This document shows, piece after piece, positions 28,545 through 37,358 of a DNA stretch of 62,758 nt (its first letter is position 1; every line of letters starts with the position of its first letter). Origin of the DNA: Verrucomicrobiota bacterium (GTDB taxonomy: Bacteria; Chlamydiota; Chlamydiia; Chlamydiales; JAEYWL01). A program made the position numbers and the translations under genes. The notes beneath the pieces are model-generated. The model saw nothing but the letters and a program-made list of their open reading frames with translations, was not told the DNA's origin and searched no databases. Location of the stretch: the NCBI GenBank assembly GCA_023428915.1, contig JAEYWL010000058.1, positions 1-62,758 of the forward strand. The letters run 5' to 3'.

Positions 28545-29978
28545 ATGGTTGAGAAAGAGACAAGGGAAAAAATGAATGCTCAATGGAAAAATCTGGCATT
28601 TCCTCTTATAAACGATTCTCAAAACGCCCAGGTTACAAAAGAAAAAGTGATTGAGTTTTGTAAATACACTTTTGAATTTATAGAACAATATTACCCCCAT
28701 ATTTCGGCAATTTGTAAAAAAGAGGGCATATATAAAAACTCATTTAAAGATCCCAGCTCTAAAATACGCGTTCATTGTCTAATACAGGATATAGATGATG
28801 TTACAGTTATCGTCACTGACCCTAAGGCAGTTTCCACTTCAAGTGAAAAAAAGTGTTTTTATGGATTAGAAATTAAATTCATGCGGCAAAATAGTGCAGA
28901 AGGCGAAGAAAAAGACATTGAAATCAACTCTATTTGCAAGTTAATGATGCACGATTTAACAGCAGCTCAACGTGAAGTAAATATACGCCGTAAATTAAAT
29001 AATGCCCCGGGAACAATTGAACACATTGATGCCATGGTATATATAGGTACGAATAAGGTCAGGTATGCAGATGGCAGGATTGAAAAATATCCTGCGAAAA
29101 AAGCGGCCATTTTTGACGAGTGGGCCACCTATCCATTTGACAATGTGATACAAACAATGGAGTATAACGCCCTCTTTTTTACGCGCAGTGCGATAAAAAT
29201 TGCTGAAGGACTAAAAGGATTTCATGATGCAGGTTTTGCGTATTTAGATTTTAAACCTGAAAATGTGGTTGTTGTTCAAGAAGACCGGCTTGATGCTAAA
29301 GGAAATTTAGCATTGGATGTTGACAATCCGAAAATAATAGATTTCGGCACTGTTGAGGATGCCTCTTTTGCACAGCCTTTCATGCCCGTAAGCGGAACGA
29401 GAGCCTATTGGCCCCCCTATCAACTTTTATGGGAAATGGTCTATTTCAAGGCCATCCCCCAACCTGAATGGCTTGGCTACCCGCAAAATAAAAAAGCTTT
29501 TGATATGTTTTCTTTTGGAATGTTTTTGTATCAAATGTATTTTCGATGCGAGCCTAAGTATATGAAAATTGCCGATGCTTGGCAAAACCAAATTCAGCGG
29601 TATCATTGGCTTTTAAATTTCATCCAGCAAAACATGAACTCAGCACGCGCACATTATGCAATAAATAGAGTTTGGCAAGTTATGCAAACCACCGGTTTTC
29701 AATTTTTGGACTATCTGAATAATTATATGTCTTTGCTGAATAAAGATTCCGGTATTGATCCAAGTTCGGGAAAACACCGTTTAAGTCAAATTCCCTTGAT
29801 AGCAGCCCTATTAAGTCCGGATGAAAATGAACGGCCAACGATTGACCAAACCCTGCAAGTGCTCAAAGAATGGGAGCAAATGTACCTTCAACATGAAAAA
29901 GAACAGAGGCAACAACTCTTGAAAGATAAGGAGCTGGATCAGGTTACTAAAGAGTTCAGGGCAATTACCGGCAGATAG
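28545..29978 (+). CDS. Atypical eukaryote-like protein-kinase-fold protein (candidate effector)
   Basis: 477 aa. Catalytic loop YLDFKPENVVV (residues ~233-243), DFG in KIIDFGTVE (~265-267), activation segment GTRAYWPPY, subdomain IX-like FDMFSFGMFLYQM. Candidate beta3 Lys in GLEIKF. No GxGxxG loop seen. Confidence 0.7.
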   Translation: MVEKETREKMNAQWKNLAFPLINDSQNAQVTKEKVIEFCKYTFEFIEQYYPHISAICKKEGIYKNSFKDPSSKIRVHCLIQDIDDVTVIVTDPKAVSTSSEKKCFYGLEIKFMRQNSAEGEEKDIEINSICKLMMHDLTAAQREVNIRRKLNNAPGTIEHIDAMVYIGTNKVRYADGRIEKYPAKKAAIFDEWATYPFDNVIQTMEYNALFFTRSAIKIAEGLKGFHDAGFAYLDFKPENVVVVQEDRLDAKGNLALDVDNPKIIDFGTVEDASFAQPFMPVSGTRAYWPPYQLLWEMVYFKAIPQPEWLGYPQNKKAFDMFSFGMFLYQMYFRCEPKYMKIADAWQNQIQRYHWLLNFIQQNMNSARAHYAINRVWQVMQTTGFQFLDYLNNYMSLLNKDSGIDPSSGKHRLSQIPLIAALLSPDENERPTIDQTLQVLKEWEQMYLQHEKEQRQQLLKDKELDQVTKEFRAITGR

Positions 29979-29983
29979 AAATA

Positions 29984-30122
29984 GCAATCGGGGTCTGGGA
30001 CCCTGATTGCTGCCTTATAATAGGTCATATTCGAGAGTTTTTTCTCTCTAGGAGCTCCTAGAGGAAAAGAACTCGAATCTGACCCTTAGAAGGCAGCAAT
30101 TAGGGTCCAGGGTCTTTTTTTT
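29984..30122. repeat. ~130-nt imperfect long hairpin ending in a T-run, directly after the kinase stop codon
   Basis: gaccctgattgctgcc (29999-30014) pairs with ggcagcaattagggtc (30092-30107). ggtcatattcgag pairs with ctcgaatctgacc. The centre of symmetry is near gagctc at 30051-30056, and T8 lies at 30115-30122. An alternative local hairpin is gcaatcggggtc/gaccctgattgc. Confidence 0.8.
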
Positions 30123-30219
30123 AGGATATGCTCTATTGCAAAATATACAAATAAGGGCTTATCCTTTTTGGCATTATTTCTTAAAATCTTAGTTTTCCTG
30201 CGTAAGCAAAAGGCGCCTC

Positions 30220-31629
30220 ATGAGTGAAACAGCTAATTTACGCCTGCCTCCTAACTCCAAAGAATCAGAGATGATGGTTTTGGGCTGTATGCTGACAAGC
30301 ATTAACAGCCTGAATATTGCTGCTGATGCCCTGGACGAGTCAGATTTTTATTACACAGAACACAAGATTATTTTCCAGACCTTGAAAGATGCTTTTAGGC
30401 AGGATAAACCCGCCGATGTGCTGCTGATCAGTGAAGAACTCAAGCGGCAGGATAAGCTCAAGGCTGTTGGTGGAATTGCGTATCTGACAACTTTAGCGCA
30501 GTATGTCGGCACTTCTGCCTATATTGAGGAGTATGCTGAAATTGTGCGCAATAAGTCCATATTGCGCCGCATGATCAATGCTTCCAACCAGATCGAAAAA
30601 AATGCCTTTGAAGAGCCTTCGGATGTTTCCGGTGCTTTGGATGAAGCCCAGCAAATATTCTTTAAAATTAGCCAAACGACTAATGCCTCTTCAGGCATCC
30701 TATTGAAGGATGTGCTTTCCGGCAGTAAATCCGCCGGCCAAGTCTCTTTTTTAAAGGAATTGCAGGAAAAGCAAGAACGCTACCAATTGCTCGGCCCTGA
30801 AGACACCGGCATTACGGGGACCCCGACAGGCTTTACTGATCTCGATAAAATGATCAATGGCCTTAATAATTCTAACTTGATGATTCTGGCGGCCAGGCCT
30901 GCAATGGGTAAAACGGCCTTAGCCATCAATTTAGCAGAAAATGTCTGCTTTAAATTTGGCGTGCCGGTAGGCATTTTCTCTTTAGAGATGAGCGCAGACC
31001 AGTTGGTGCATCGTATTGTCTGCTCGCAGGCTGAAGTTGAATCGGATAAGATCAAAACCGGCGCTTTGAACGGCATTGAGTTTCAGCGCGTATTGGCTTC
31101 CGTGAACGAGATGCAGAACCATCTTATGGTGATTGATGATCAGCCCGGTTTAAAAATTACCGACTTGCGGGCGAGGGCGCGCCGTATGAAAGAAAGCTAC
31201 AACATCGGCTTCCTAGTAATCGATTATTTGCAGCTTATCACAGGCTCCGGCAGCAATAAAAACCAAGAGAGCCGCCAGCTGGAAATTTCGGAAATTTCCC
31301 GCATGCTGAAAAACTTGGCGCGCGAGCTCGATATTCCCGTCCTCTGCTTGTCGCAGCTTTCTCGAAAAGTAGAAGAACGCGCCGGCCATCGCCCTATGAT
31401 GAGCGACTTGCGGGAAAGCGGCAGTATCGAACAGGATAGCGACCTGGTCATGTTCTTGCTGCGCCGGGAATACTATGATCCAAACGACAAGCCTGGCATG
31501 GCTGAGCTGATTGTGGCTAAAAACCGCCATGGGCAAATCGGCAGCGTGAACCTGACTTATCGCAAAGAAATTGTCCAATTTGCAAGCTACACGCCGATGA
31601 ACTATCCCCACGAAGCAGGGGTAAATTAA
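30220..31629 (+). CDS. dnaB: Replicative DNA helicase DnaB
   Basis: 469 aa. N-terminal LPPNSKESEMMVLGCML, Walker A ARPAMGKTALA, Walker B FLVIDYLQL, then LSQLSR and RESGSIEQDSDLVMFL. Confidence 0.95.
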   Translation: MSETANLRLPPNSKESEMMVLGCMLTSINSLNIAADALDESDFYYTEHKIIFQTLKDAFRQDKPADVLLISEELKRQDKLKAVGGIAYLTTLAQYVGTSAYIEEYAEIVRNKSILRRMINASNQIEKNAFEEPSDVSGALDEAQQIFFKISQTTNASSGILLKDVLSGSKSAGQVSFLKELQEKQERYQLLGPEDTGITGTPTGFTDLDKMINGLNNSNLMILAARPAMGKTALAINLAENVCFKFGVPVGIFSLEMSADQLVHRIVCSQAEVESDKIKTGALNGIEFQRVLASVNEMQNHLMVIDDQPGLKITDLRARARRMKESYNIGFLVIDYLQLITGSGSNKNQESRQLEISEISRMLKNLARELDIPVLCLSQLSRKVEERAGHRPMMSDLRESGSIEQDSDLVMFLLRREYYDPNDKPGMAELIVAKNRHGQIGSVNLTYRKEIVQFASYTPMNYPHEAGVN

Positions 31630-31753
31630 AAGGTTTCTTTTGAGACCCTGATTGCGGAAAAAATAATGCAGCAAATTTAGTTTGCCGCCAGCTTTACTTA
31701 TTTTCCTTAATTAGCTATGATTTATCTGCTAACTAAACCAAACTGGAGAAGTA

Positions 31754-31840
31754 ATGTCCTCTGTTAAAAAAAAGCGCAAATATAAGATTGCGAAGCACAA
31801 GCGCAAAAAACGCAGTCGCCGCGACCGTCACAAGAACTAA
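31754..31840 (+). CDS. 28-aa highly basic micro-protein, bS22-like (AURKAIP1/COX24-type small ribosomal protein candidate)
   Basis: Absent from the supplied ORF track. The ATG at 31754 follows ggaga at 31745-31749. Translation is MSSVKKKRKYKIAKHKRKKRSRRDRHKN, stop at 31838-31840. It resembles actinobacterial bS22 (MGSVIKKRRKRM...KKKHRK...). Confidence 0.6.
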   Translation: MSSVKKKRKYKIAKHKRKKRSRRDRHKN

Positions 31841-31906
31841 TCTTATGCTCCACACAATGGCTCTGATTGAGTCTAAGTGGAGCCCTTTTACTTTTTCTCA
31901 AGCAAT

Positions 31907-33730
31907 ATGATGTGGAAATACCCAGAAGAATATGATGTCATTGTCATAGGCGGCGGCCATGCCGGTTGCGAAGCTGCTTTAGCTGCTGCGCGTATGGGCT
32001 GCCGCGCCTTGCTGCTTTCCATGTCTTTGGACACTATCGCCAAAATGAGCTGCAATCCAGCTGTCGGCGGTACTGCTAAAGGGCATATTGTACGGGAAAT
32101 CGATGCCCTCGGCGGTGAAATGGGCAAGGTTGCCGATGCCACCGGGATTCAATTCCGCATGTTAAATGCGACTAAAGGGCCGGCAGTTTGGTCTCCCCGA
32201 GCCCAGGCTGACAAAGTAGCCTATCAGTTCGAAATGAAACGGCGCCTCGAGTTATGCCCCAATCTCTTTATTAAACAGGGTACTGCCGAAGAGCTTATCA
32301 CCGAAGATAAGCGAGTGATAGGAGTGGGCACTAAAGAGGGGATTGCCTATTACGGAACAACGGTTGTCCTGACTTCCGGCACTTTTATGCGCGGGTTATT
32401 GCATATAGGCGAGGTGCAATTTGCCGGGGGGCGCGCAGGCGATCAGCCGGCTGTCGGGCTTTCCGCAAGTTTGCAGCAACAGGGGATTGAGCTTGGCCGC
32501 CTTAAGACCGGGACTCCGCCTAGAGTCAATAGCCGTTCCATCGACTTTTCGTTAACGGAAGAACAACCAGGCGATGAAGGTGTAAAATTTTCGTATGACG
32601 ATGAGGGATTGCCCCGCATGCGTCAAGTCCCCTGCCATATTACCTACACTACCGAAGAGACCAAGAAAATTATCCTGGAAAATCTCCATCGCTCGCCGAT
32701 GTATTCCGGCCAGATTAAAAGCATCGGCCCCCGTTATTGCCCTTCTATCGAGGATAAGGTGGTGCGCTTTAGCGATAAGGAGCGCCATCAGATATTTTTA
32801 GAGCCGGAAGGTTTGACCACCTCCGAAATCTATGTCAATGGTGTTTCCTCTTCCCTGCCATTTGATGTGCAGCTGCAGTTTATCCGCAGCATACCAGCCT
32901 TGCGCAATGCTGAAATCATGCGTTCGGCTTATGCCATTGAATATGATTATATTCTCAGCGGGCAGATCAGCTATAGCCTGGAATGCAAATTAGTAGAAAA
33001 CCTCTTTTTTGCCGGTCAAATCAATGGCACTACCGGTTACGAAGAAGCCGCCGGCCAAGGATTGCTGGCAGGCATCAATGCCGCTTGTAAAGTCAAGGAA
33101 CGCGAGCCCTTAATTTTGAAACGGTCTGAAGCCTATATTGGTGTTATGATCGATGACTTGGTGACTAAAGGAGTCGATGAGCCCTACCGCATGTTTACAA
33201 GCCGTGCCGAGCATCGTTTGCTGCTTAGGCAGGATAATGCCGATTTGCGTTTGCGCAAATATGGCTATGACCTAGGGATTATCAATCAAGAACGCTATAA
33301 CAAGCTATGCCGCAAGCAAGAAGCGATGGCCTGTGAAGCTGCGCGATTAGCCGGAATCTTTAAACAGCTCGATGGCAAAGGGTATAGCCTGGCTCAGTTG
33401 CTGTGCCGGCCGGAAAATAACTACCAATCTTTAATGCAGCAATATGCAGAAATTATCGATTATGGCGAAGAGACCAACTTGCAGATCGAACTGAGCTTTA
33501 AATATGCCGGTTATATCGAACGGCAATGTTCAGAAATTGCTAAATTAGCCCATATCGAGAGCGTACGCATTCCCGCTAATTTTGCCTATGGCGAAGTGTC
33601 AGGCTTGCGTGCTGAAGCCAGGCAGAAACTAAGCAAAGTCGCACCCCAAAACTTAGGGCAGGCTTCCCGCATTGCCGGCGTCTCGCCGGCTGACATCTCT
33701 GTTTTATTGGTTGCCCTCGCCAAAAAGTAA
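31907..33730 (+). CDS. mnmG: tRNA uridine 5-carboxymethylaminomethyl modification enzyme MnmG (GidA)
   Basis: The ORF opens at GTG 31877; I prefer the ATG at 31907 (MMWKYPEEYDVIVIGGGHAGCEAA). Typical GidA sequence follows: MSCNPAVGG, GPRYCPSIEDK, QINGTTGYEEAA. Confidence 0.93.
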   Translation: MMWKYPEEYDVIVIGGGHAGCEAALAAARMGCRALLLSMSLDTIAKMSCNPAVGGTAKGHIVREIDALGGEMGKVADATGIQFRMLNATKGPAVWSPRAQADKVAYQFEMKRRLELCPNLFIKQGTAEELITEDKRVIGVGTKEGIAYYGTTVVLTSGTFMRGLLHIGEVQFAGGRAGDQPAVGLSASLQQQGIELGRLKTGTPPRVNSRSIDFSLTEEQPGDEGVKFSYDDEGLPRMRQVPCHITYTTEETKKIILENLHRSPMYSGQIKSIGPRYCPSIEDKVVRFSDKERHQIFLEPEGLTTSEIYVNGVSSSLPFDVQLQFIRSIPALRNAEIMRSAYAIEYDYILSGQISYSLECKLVENLFFAGQINGTTGYEEAAGQGLLAGINAACKVKEREPLILKRSEAYIGVMIDDLVTKGVDEPYRMFTSRAEHRLLLRQDNADLRLRKYGYDLGIINQERYNKLCRKQEAMACEAARLAGIFKQLDGKGYSLAQLLCRPENNYQSLMQQYAEIIDYGEETNLQIELSFKYAGYIERQCSEIAKLAHIESVRIPANFAYGEVSGLRAEARQKLSKVAPQNLGQASRIAGVSPADISVLLVALAKK

Positions 33731-33780
33731 CTGTAAGCTTTAATCTCGCGTCCGTACCCCGAAATTTTACCTGGGTCTAA

Positions 33781-34494
33781 ATGCCGCTATTAAAACTTTT
33801 GCGATTATTGAATTATCCGATATTGCAGCAGCTCCAGCTGGAAGAGGCGCTTTTACGTGCAGATAAGGGGAATTGGTGCCTGCTCAATCAAGGCACTCCC
33901 GATGCGGTAGTGATGGGCATTTCCGGCAAAGCAGAAGAGCTGGTTGATTTAATCAGGTTGCATGAAAGGCAGCTTCCTCTTATACGCCGTTTCAGCGGCG
34001 GCGGAACCGTTTTAGTGGATCGCAATACCTGCTTTGTCACATTGATTTGCAATGAATCGGCCGTGCCCATAAAACCTTTTCCAGAGCCGATCATGCAATG
34101 GAACGCCCGGCTCTATATTAATTTGCTTAAAGAAGCAAACTTTTCCAAGCAAGCTAATGACTATGCTTTGGGCAATAAAAAATTTGGCGGCAATGCCCAG
34201 TCTATTGTAAAAGGGCGCTGGCTGCACCATTCGTCCTTGCTATGGGACTATTGTCCCGACAAGATGCAAGTTTTGCTGCAGCCTAAAAAAACACCAGAGT
34301 ATCGCGCTGACCGTTCCCACACGGCATTTTTGTGCACCTTAAAAGAACACTTGCCTTCAAAAGAACATCTCAATCACGGCATCCTGCAGGCTCTGCAGCA
34401 ATTTTTTACTATCGAAGAAGTCAAACAAGAGAACGTAATGCCCATTCTTGAATCCCCCCATCGACGCGCAACCACCCTCCTGCATCCCAATTAA
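33781..34494 (+). CDS. Lipoate-protein ligase family protein (BPL/LPL catalytic domain only)
   Basis: 237 aa. RRFSGGGTVLVD and the lysine motif GNKKFGGNAQS. No C-terminal LplA accessory domain. Confidence 0.75.
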   Translation: MPLLKLLRLLNYPILQQLQLEEALLRADKGNWCLLNQGTPDAVVMGISGKAEELVDLIRLHERQLPLIRRFSGGGTVLVDRNTCFVTLICNESAVPIKPFPEPIMQWNARLYINLLKEANFSKQANDYALGNKKFGGNAQSIVKGRWLHHSSLLWDYCPDKMQVLLQPKKTPEYRADRSHTAFLCTLKEHLPSKEHLNHGILQALQQFFTIEEVKQENVMPILESPHRRATTLLHPN

Positions 34495-34512
34495 ATCATT
34501 AGAAATCTTTCA

Positions 34513-34748
34513 AAACTCTGAATTAGGCGCTTAAATGGACAATGGACCTTATGGACTTAATGGACTAAGCGCCAGTCTTTTGAGTTTAAAATTCTTAGCG
34601 TTGTTAATGTCCCTCTAAGCGACAGTTCTAAAAATCCAGTTTTTGATATGTGTGTAAAAATAAATAATTAGCGCTTAGTCCATTAAGTCCATAAGGTCCA
34701 TGGCGTCCCTATTGTCCCTTTAAGCGCTTTATTCAGACTTTAGGAATC
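34513..34748. repeat. MITE-like element: ~60-70-nt terminal inverted repeats around a ~97-nt core
   Basis: Left arm 34513-34572 (...ggaccttatggacttaatggactaagcgc), right arm 34671-34741 (gcgcttagtccattaagtccataaggtcc...). It shares aaggtccatggcgtc and tttaggaatc with the element at 58279-58388. Confidence 0.8.
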
Positions 34749-34980
34749 GTCTCTTGAGATTTCTTAAAGAAAAAGGCCGCTGAAAGGGGTCTGAAAATGG
34801 TTGAATCAACGATTTTTGTACAGGTGGGCCGGCTTCCTAAAGCCGCAGTTCATAAATGAAGCAGTTGCCTTAGCGTTGCCATCCCCTAAATCATTAAACA
34901 TAGTTGACGGGAACCTTTATTTTCAGGGTTTCCCAATCAGCAGCTGGCTTTATTATAGCGGGTTATCTATTGTTTGTCAG

Positions 34981-36612
34981 TCATAGATGTACTTTCTCAA
35001 TAGTTTTAAAAAATGTTTCGTCTGACGGGAGCTGCCACACTTTTCTTTCTATGAGGCTGGGGCAAATTGCAGTGTACATGGGCTGCGGGTCTTTCAAAAA
35101 ACAGGCTAATTGCAGCTGGGTACAGGAATGATTACGTACAAGCTGGGAAACAAAATAGCGCGCAATGCCGACATAAATTTTGGGGGACCTGTTTTCAAAG
35201 TCTTCGGTTGAAAACTCTTCGTTCTGTACTGCAAGTTTTAAGGAAGAAGCTACCCTGCTTACATCATATTTAAAGGTATTGGCAACTATAGTGTTTTTTT
35301 TCACAATTACTTTAGCTAAACGTAAATAACGGCTCATAAGCGGCCATATAGACTCTGCTTTAGAAAGCCTGCTGGCAATGCAGGCATTTTTTAGCATTTG
35401 GGCCAGCAAATAAATTTCGAGGCTGCGGCATAAACAACCCCAGGTTTCAAGAAGGATTGCGGACAGTTCTATTACAGGCAAAGGCAATGGATGCTGCTTG
35501 TTGTTTGTGAATAGAGATTTAATGCAGGGCAGGGCTTGAATAATCTTGCCGTGCAAGCCGCTAAGGTTTGTAGTTAAATTTAAAGCAGCTCTTAAACCGA
35601 AGAGGGAAGCTGCAAGCTCCCCAGCCTGCTGCTCTGGATACAGGATTATCCGGCTGCAGTTTTCAAGCAGCTCCCTTAATTTCAGCTGTAAAATTGCTTC
35701 TAGAGGGCCTGTAAGTGCCAAAATACTTGGCGAGTATGCAGTCCAGCCCTTTTGGCTTGAAATTGCGAACAAGCTGAGCAGAGCCTGCAAGGGATAGATA
35801 GCATCTTTCATCTCAGCCATAATGGCATGCGCTTCTGCAAGGTCGCTTTCTGAAGCTGACGTAAAAGAGCCGCCAGCGCGGCTTTTGCATAGAGAATTAT
35901 GCTCTAAACGCTTAATGAAGGAAGCTATTAAAGACGCAAACAGGGTTTTGAGAAACTCCTGATGCTGTAAGAAAGGCTCAAGCTCAAGATTAGCTGGCGG
36001 GCAGGGGAGAGTGTGTTTAATTAATTGCTGTAAAAGCTTGTCTGAAAAGGGTTGAGCAATGCCTGCTTTAACTTTAATAAGTGCTGAAAGAAGAAAAAGC
36101 TCAGGAGCATGCTGCTGGTTTTGTTCCTTAGCGAAGGATTGAAAGCATTCATTCCATGCCTGCGAAAAAAGAGCTAGTACTTCTTGTTCTGTATCAGGAT
36201 CAGTCGGCCAAAGAGGGGCAAGGTGTTCAAGCAAACACCAGATAAACGGGATTTTTTCACGCAGTATCCGATTAGGGTTGACTAAATACCCTTTTAATAC
36301 ACTGGAGGAACTTGTTTGTAAAAAGCTTGCAATCGCTTCCCTGGTTTTGCCAGCTGCTTCGTTTGCCTGTGAAAGATACCAGAGGGTGTTCATTAAAATC
36401 TGGCAGCTATTGTCAAAATTTTGGGGGGCATCTAAAAATGTTTCATGCGGCTGCAGATCAGGCTCCCTAAATATCTTAAGAATATTGTTGAGACTTAACC
36501 AGGTCTGCTGCAAGCCTTGCATAATGTGGTTTGGATGAGATGCCTGTATTGATTGGGGAGTTAATGGGCAAGAGGGCCTAATGAGCTCGGTGAACCTAAA
36601 TAAGGCCCGCAT
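34981..36612 (-). CDS. Hypothetical all-helical protein, last gene of the T2SS operon
   Basis: The ORF opens at TTG 36618; the ATG at 36612 lies 2 nt after the upstream gene's stop. About 543 aa, Leu-rich, no TM segment or signal peptide and no recognisable motif. Confidence 0.6.
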   Translation of the reverse strand: MRALFRFTELIRPSCPLTPQSIQASHPNHIMQGLQQTWLSLNNILKIFREPDLQPHETFLDAPQNFDNSCQILMNTLWYLSQANEAAGKTREAIASFLQTSSSSVLKGYLVNPNRILREKIPFIWCLLEHLAPLWPTDPDTEQEVLALFSQAWNECFQSFAKEQNQQHAPELFLLSALIKVKAGIAQPFSDKLLQQLIKHTLPCPPANLELEPFLQHQEFLKTLFASLIASFIKRLEHNSLCKSRAGGSFTSASESDLAEAHAIMAEMKDAIYPLQALLSLFAISSQKGWTAYSPSILALTGPLEAILQLKLRELLENCSRIILYPEQQAGELAASLFGLRAALNLTTNLSGLHGKIIQALPCIKSLFTNNKQHPLPLPVIELSAILLETWGCLCRSLEIYLLAQMLKNACIASRLSKAESIWPLMSRYLRLAKVIVKKNTIVANTFKYDVSRVASSLKLAVQNEEFSTEDFENRSPKIYVGIARYFVSQLVRNHSCTQLQLACFLKDPQPMYTAICPSLIERKVWQLPSDETFFKTIEKVHL

Positions 36613-36614
36613 GG

Positions 36615-37358
36615 TCAATTATCCGAATAAATGATTGGAATAGTTGTTTGGCCAAGTACAAAGGCAAAAGTGTATTCTTTGTTGTTTGCTTTTACAATTA
36701 CTTGCAGCAAAGTGGGAATGGCTGGTTCGCCAAGAGGCCATCCATGTTTGTGCCAGCGGCCGTATAAATCAAAGTTGATCAATTCCGGCGCTTTTTGGCT
36801 GCCGGCTGCTCTGGGTTTATCTTCTTTATACGGGGGCACGTAGAAGGCAAATTCCAATTTTTCGACGTTTTCCAATAGAATTTCATGCAGCATGGGCGGA
36901 TTCTCGTCGTTGCCGGTCAAAGAAGGCCAGGTGGCCAAGATGAGCCGTTTTTCAGCATCTCTATATAGCCGCCCTATCACAGTATTGGCATAGAGGGGAT
37001 CTGCCTTGATGCCGTTGTCATAGACAAAGACCAAGCTGTCATCATCAGATGCAATTGCCCCTTGCCCATCTTTTGAGGTATATAATATGTATCTATGGAA
37101 TTTTCTTCCTAAGGGGTGCTTAAACATAATCTTGGGCAGTACTTGGGCCAACCTATACTGTGCATAAAGGATTCTGAAGTTTTCCTGCCGTTGCTCCCCC
37201 ATTTTTTGGCTAAGCACTTCCATGTAGCGGTAATACCCGAAGAGTGCAGACAGCAGGACCCCTAAAAGCACCAAAGCAATGATCACCTCCAAAAGAGTAA
37301 CAAGGCGGCGTTCACGCCTATTCAGCGTCAAGTTCTTTTTCATCTTCAAGTTCTTCAA
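36615..37358 (-). CDS. Pseudopilin-like protein (minor pseudopilin candidate, largest of the set)
   Basis: 247 aa. N-terminus ...RRERRLVTLLEVIIALVLLGVLLSALF has the prepilin-type hydrophobic helix with Glu at +5 but no Gly at -1. It overlaps the upstream gene by up to 41 nt. Confidence 0.6.
   Translation of the reverse strand: MKNLKMKKNLTLNRRERRLVTLLEVIIALVLLGVLLSALFGYYRYMEVLSQKMGEQRQENFRILYAQYRLAQVLPKIMFKHPLGRKFHRYILYTSKDGQGAIASDDDSLVFVYDNGIKADPLYANTVIGRLYRDAEKRLILATWPSLTGNDENPPMLHEILLENVEKLEFAFYVPPYKEDKPRAAGSQKAPELINFDLYGRWHKHGWPLGEPAIPTLLQVIVKANNKEYTFAFVLGQTTIPIIYSDN

Noticed and set aside
31644-31655. 12-mer gaccctgattgc downstream of dnaB, identical to part of the 29984-30122 hairpin upstream of dnaB (29999-30010)
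   Set aside because: It could mark a solo half-site of the same palindromic element flanking dnaB. A single 12-nt match in about 125 kb of double-stranded search space is only weakly significant, and no flanking similarity extends it.
30123-31906. Possible replication origin, because dnaB and mnmG (gidA) are adjacent and hemB (used as an ori landmark in some Chlamydiaceae genomes) is in the window
   Set aside because: I found no cluster of DnaA-box-like 9-mers (TTATCCACA or close variants) and no long AT-rich unwinding region in the intergenic gaps around these genes. The hemB upstream gap is only 49 nt.
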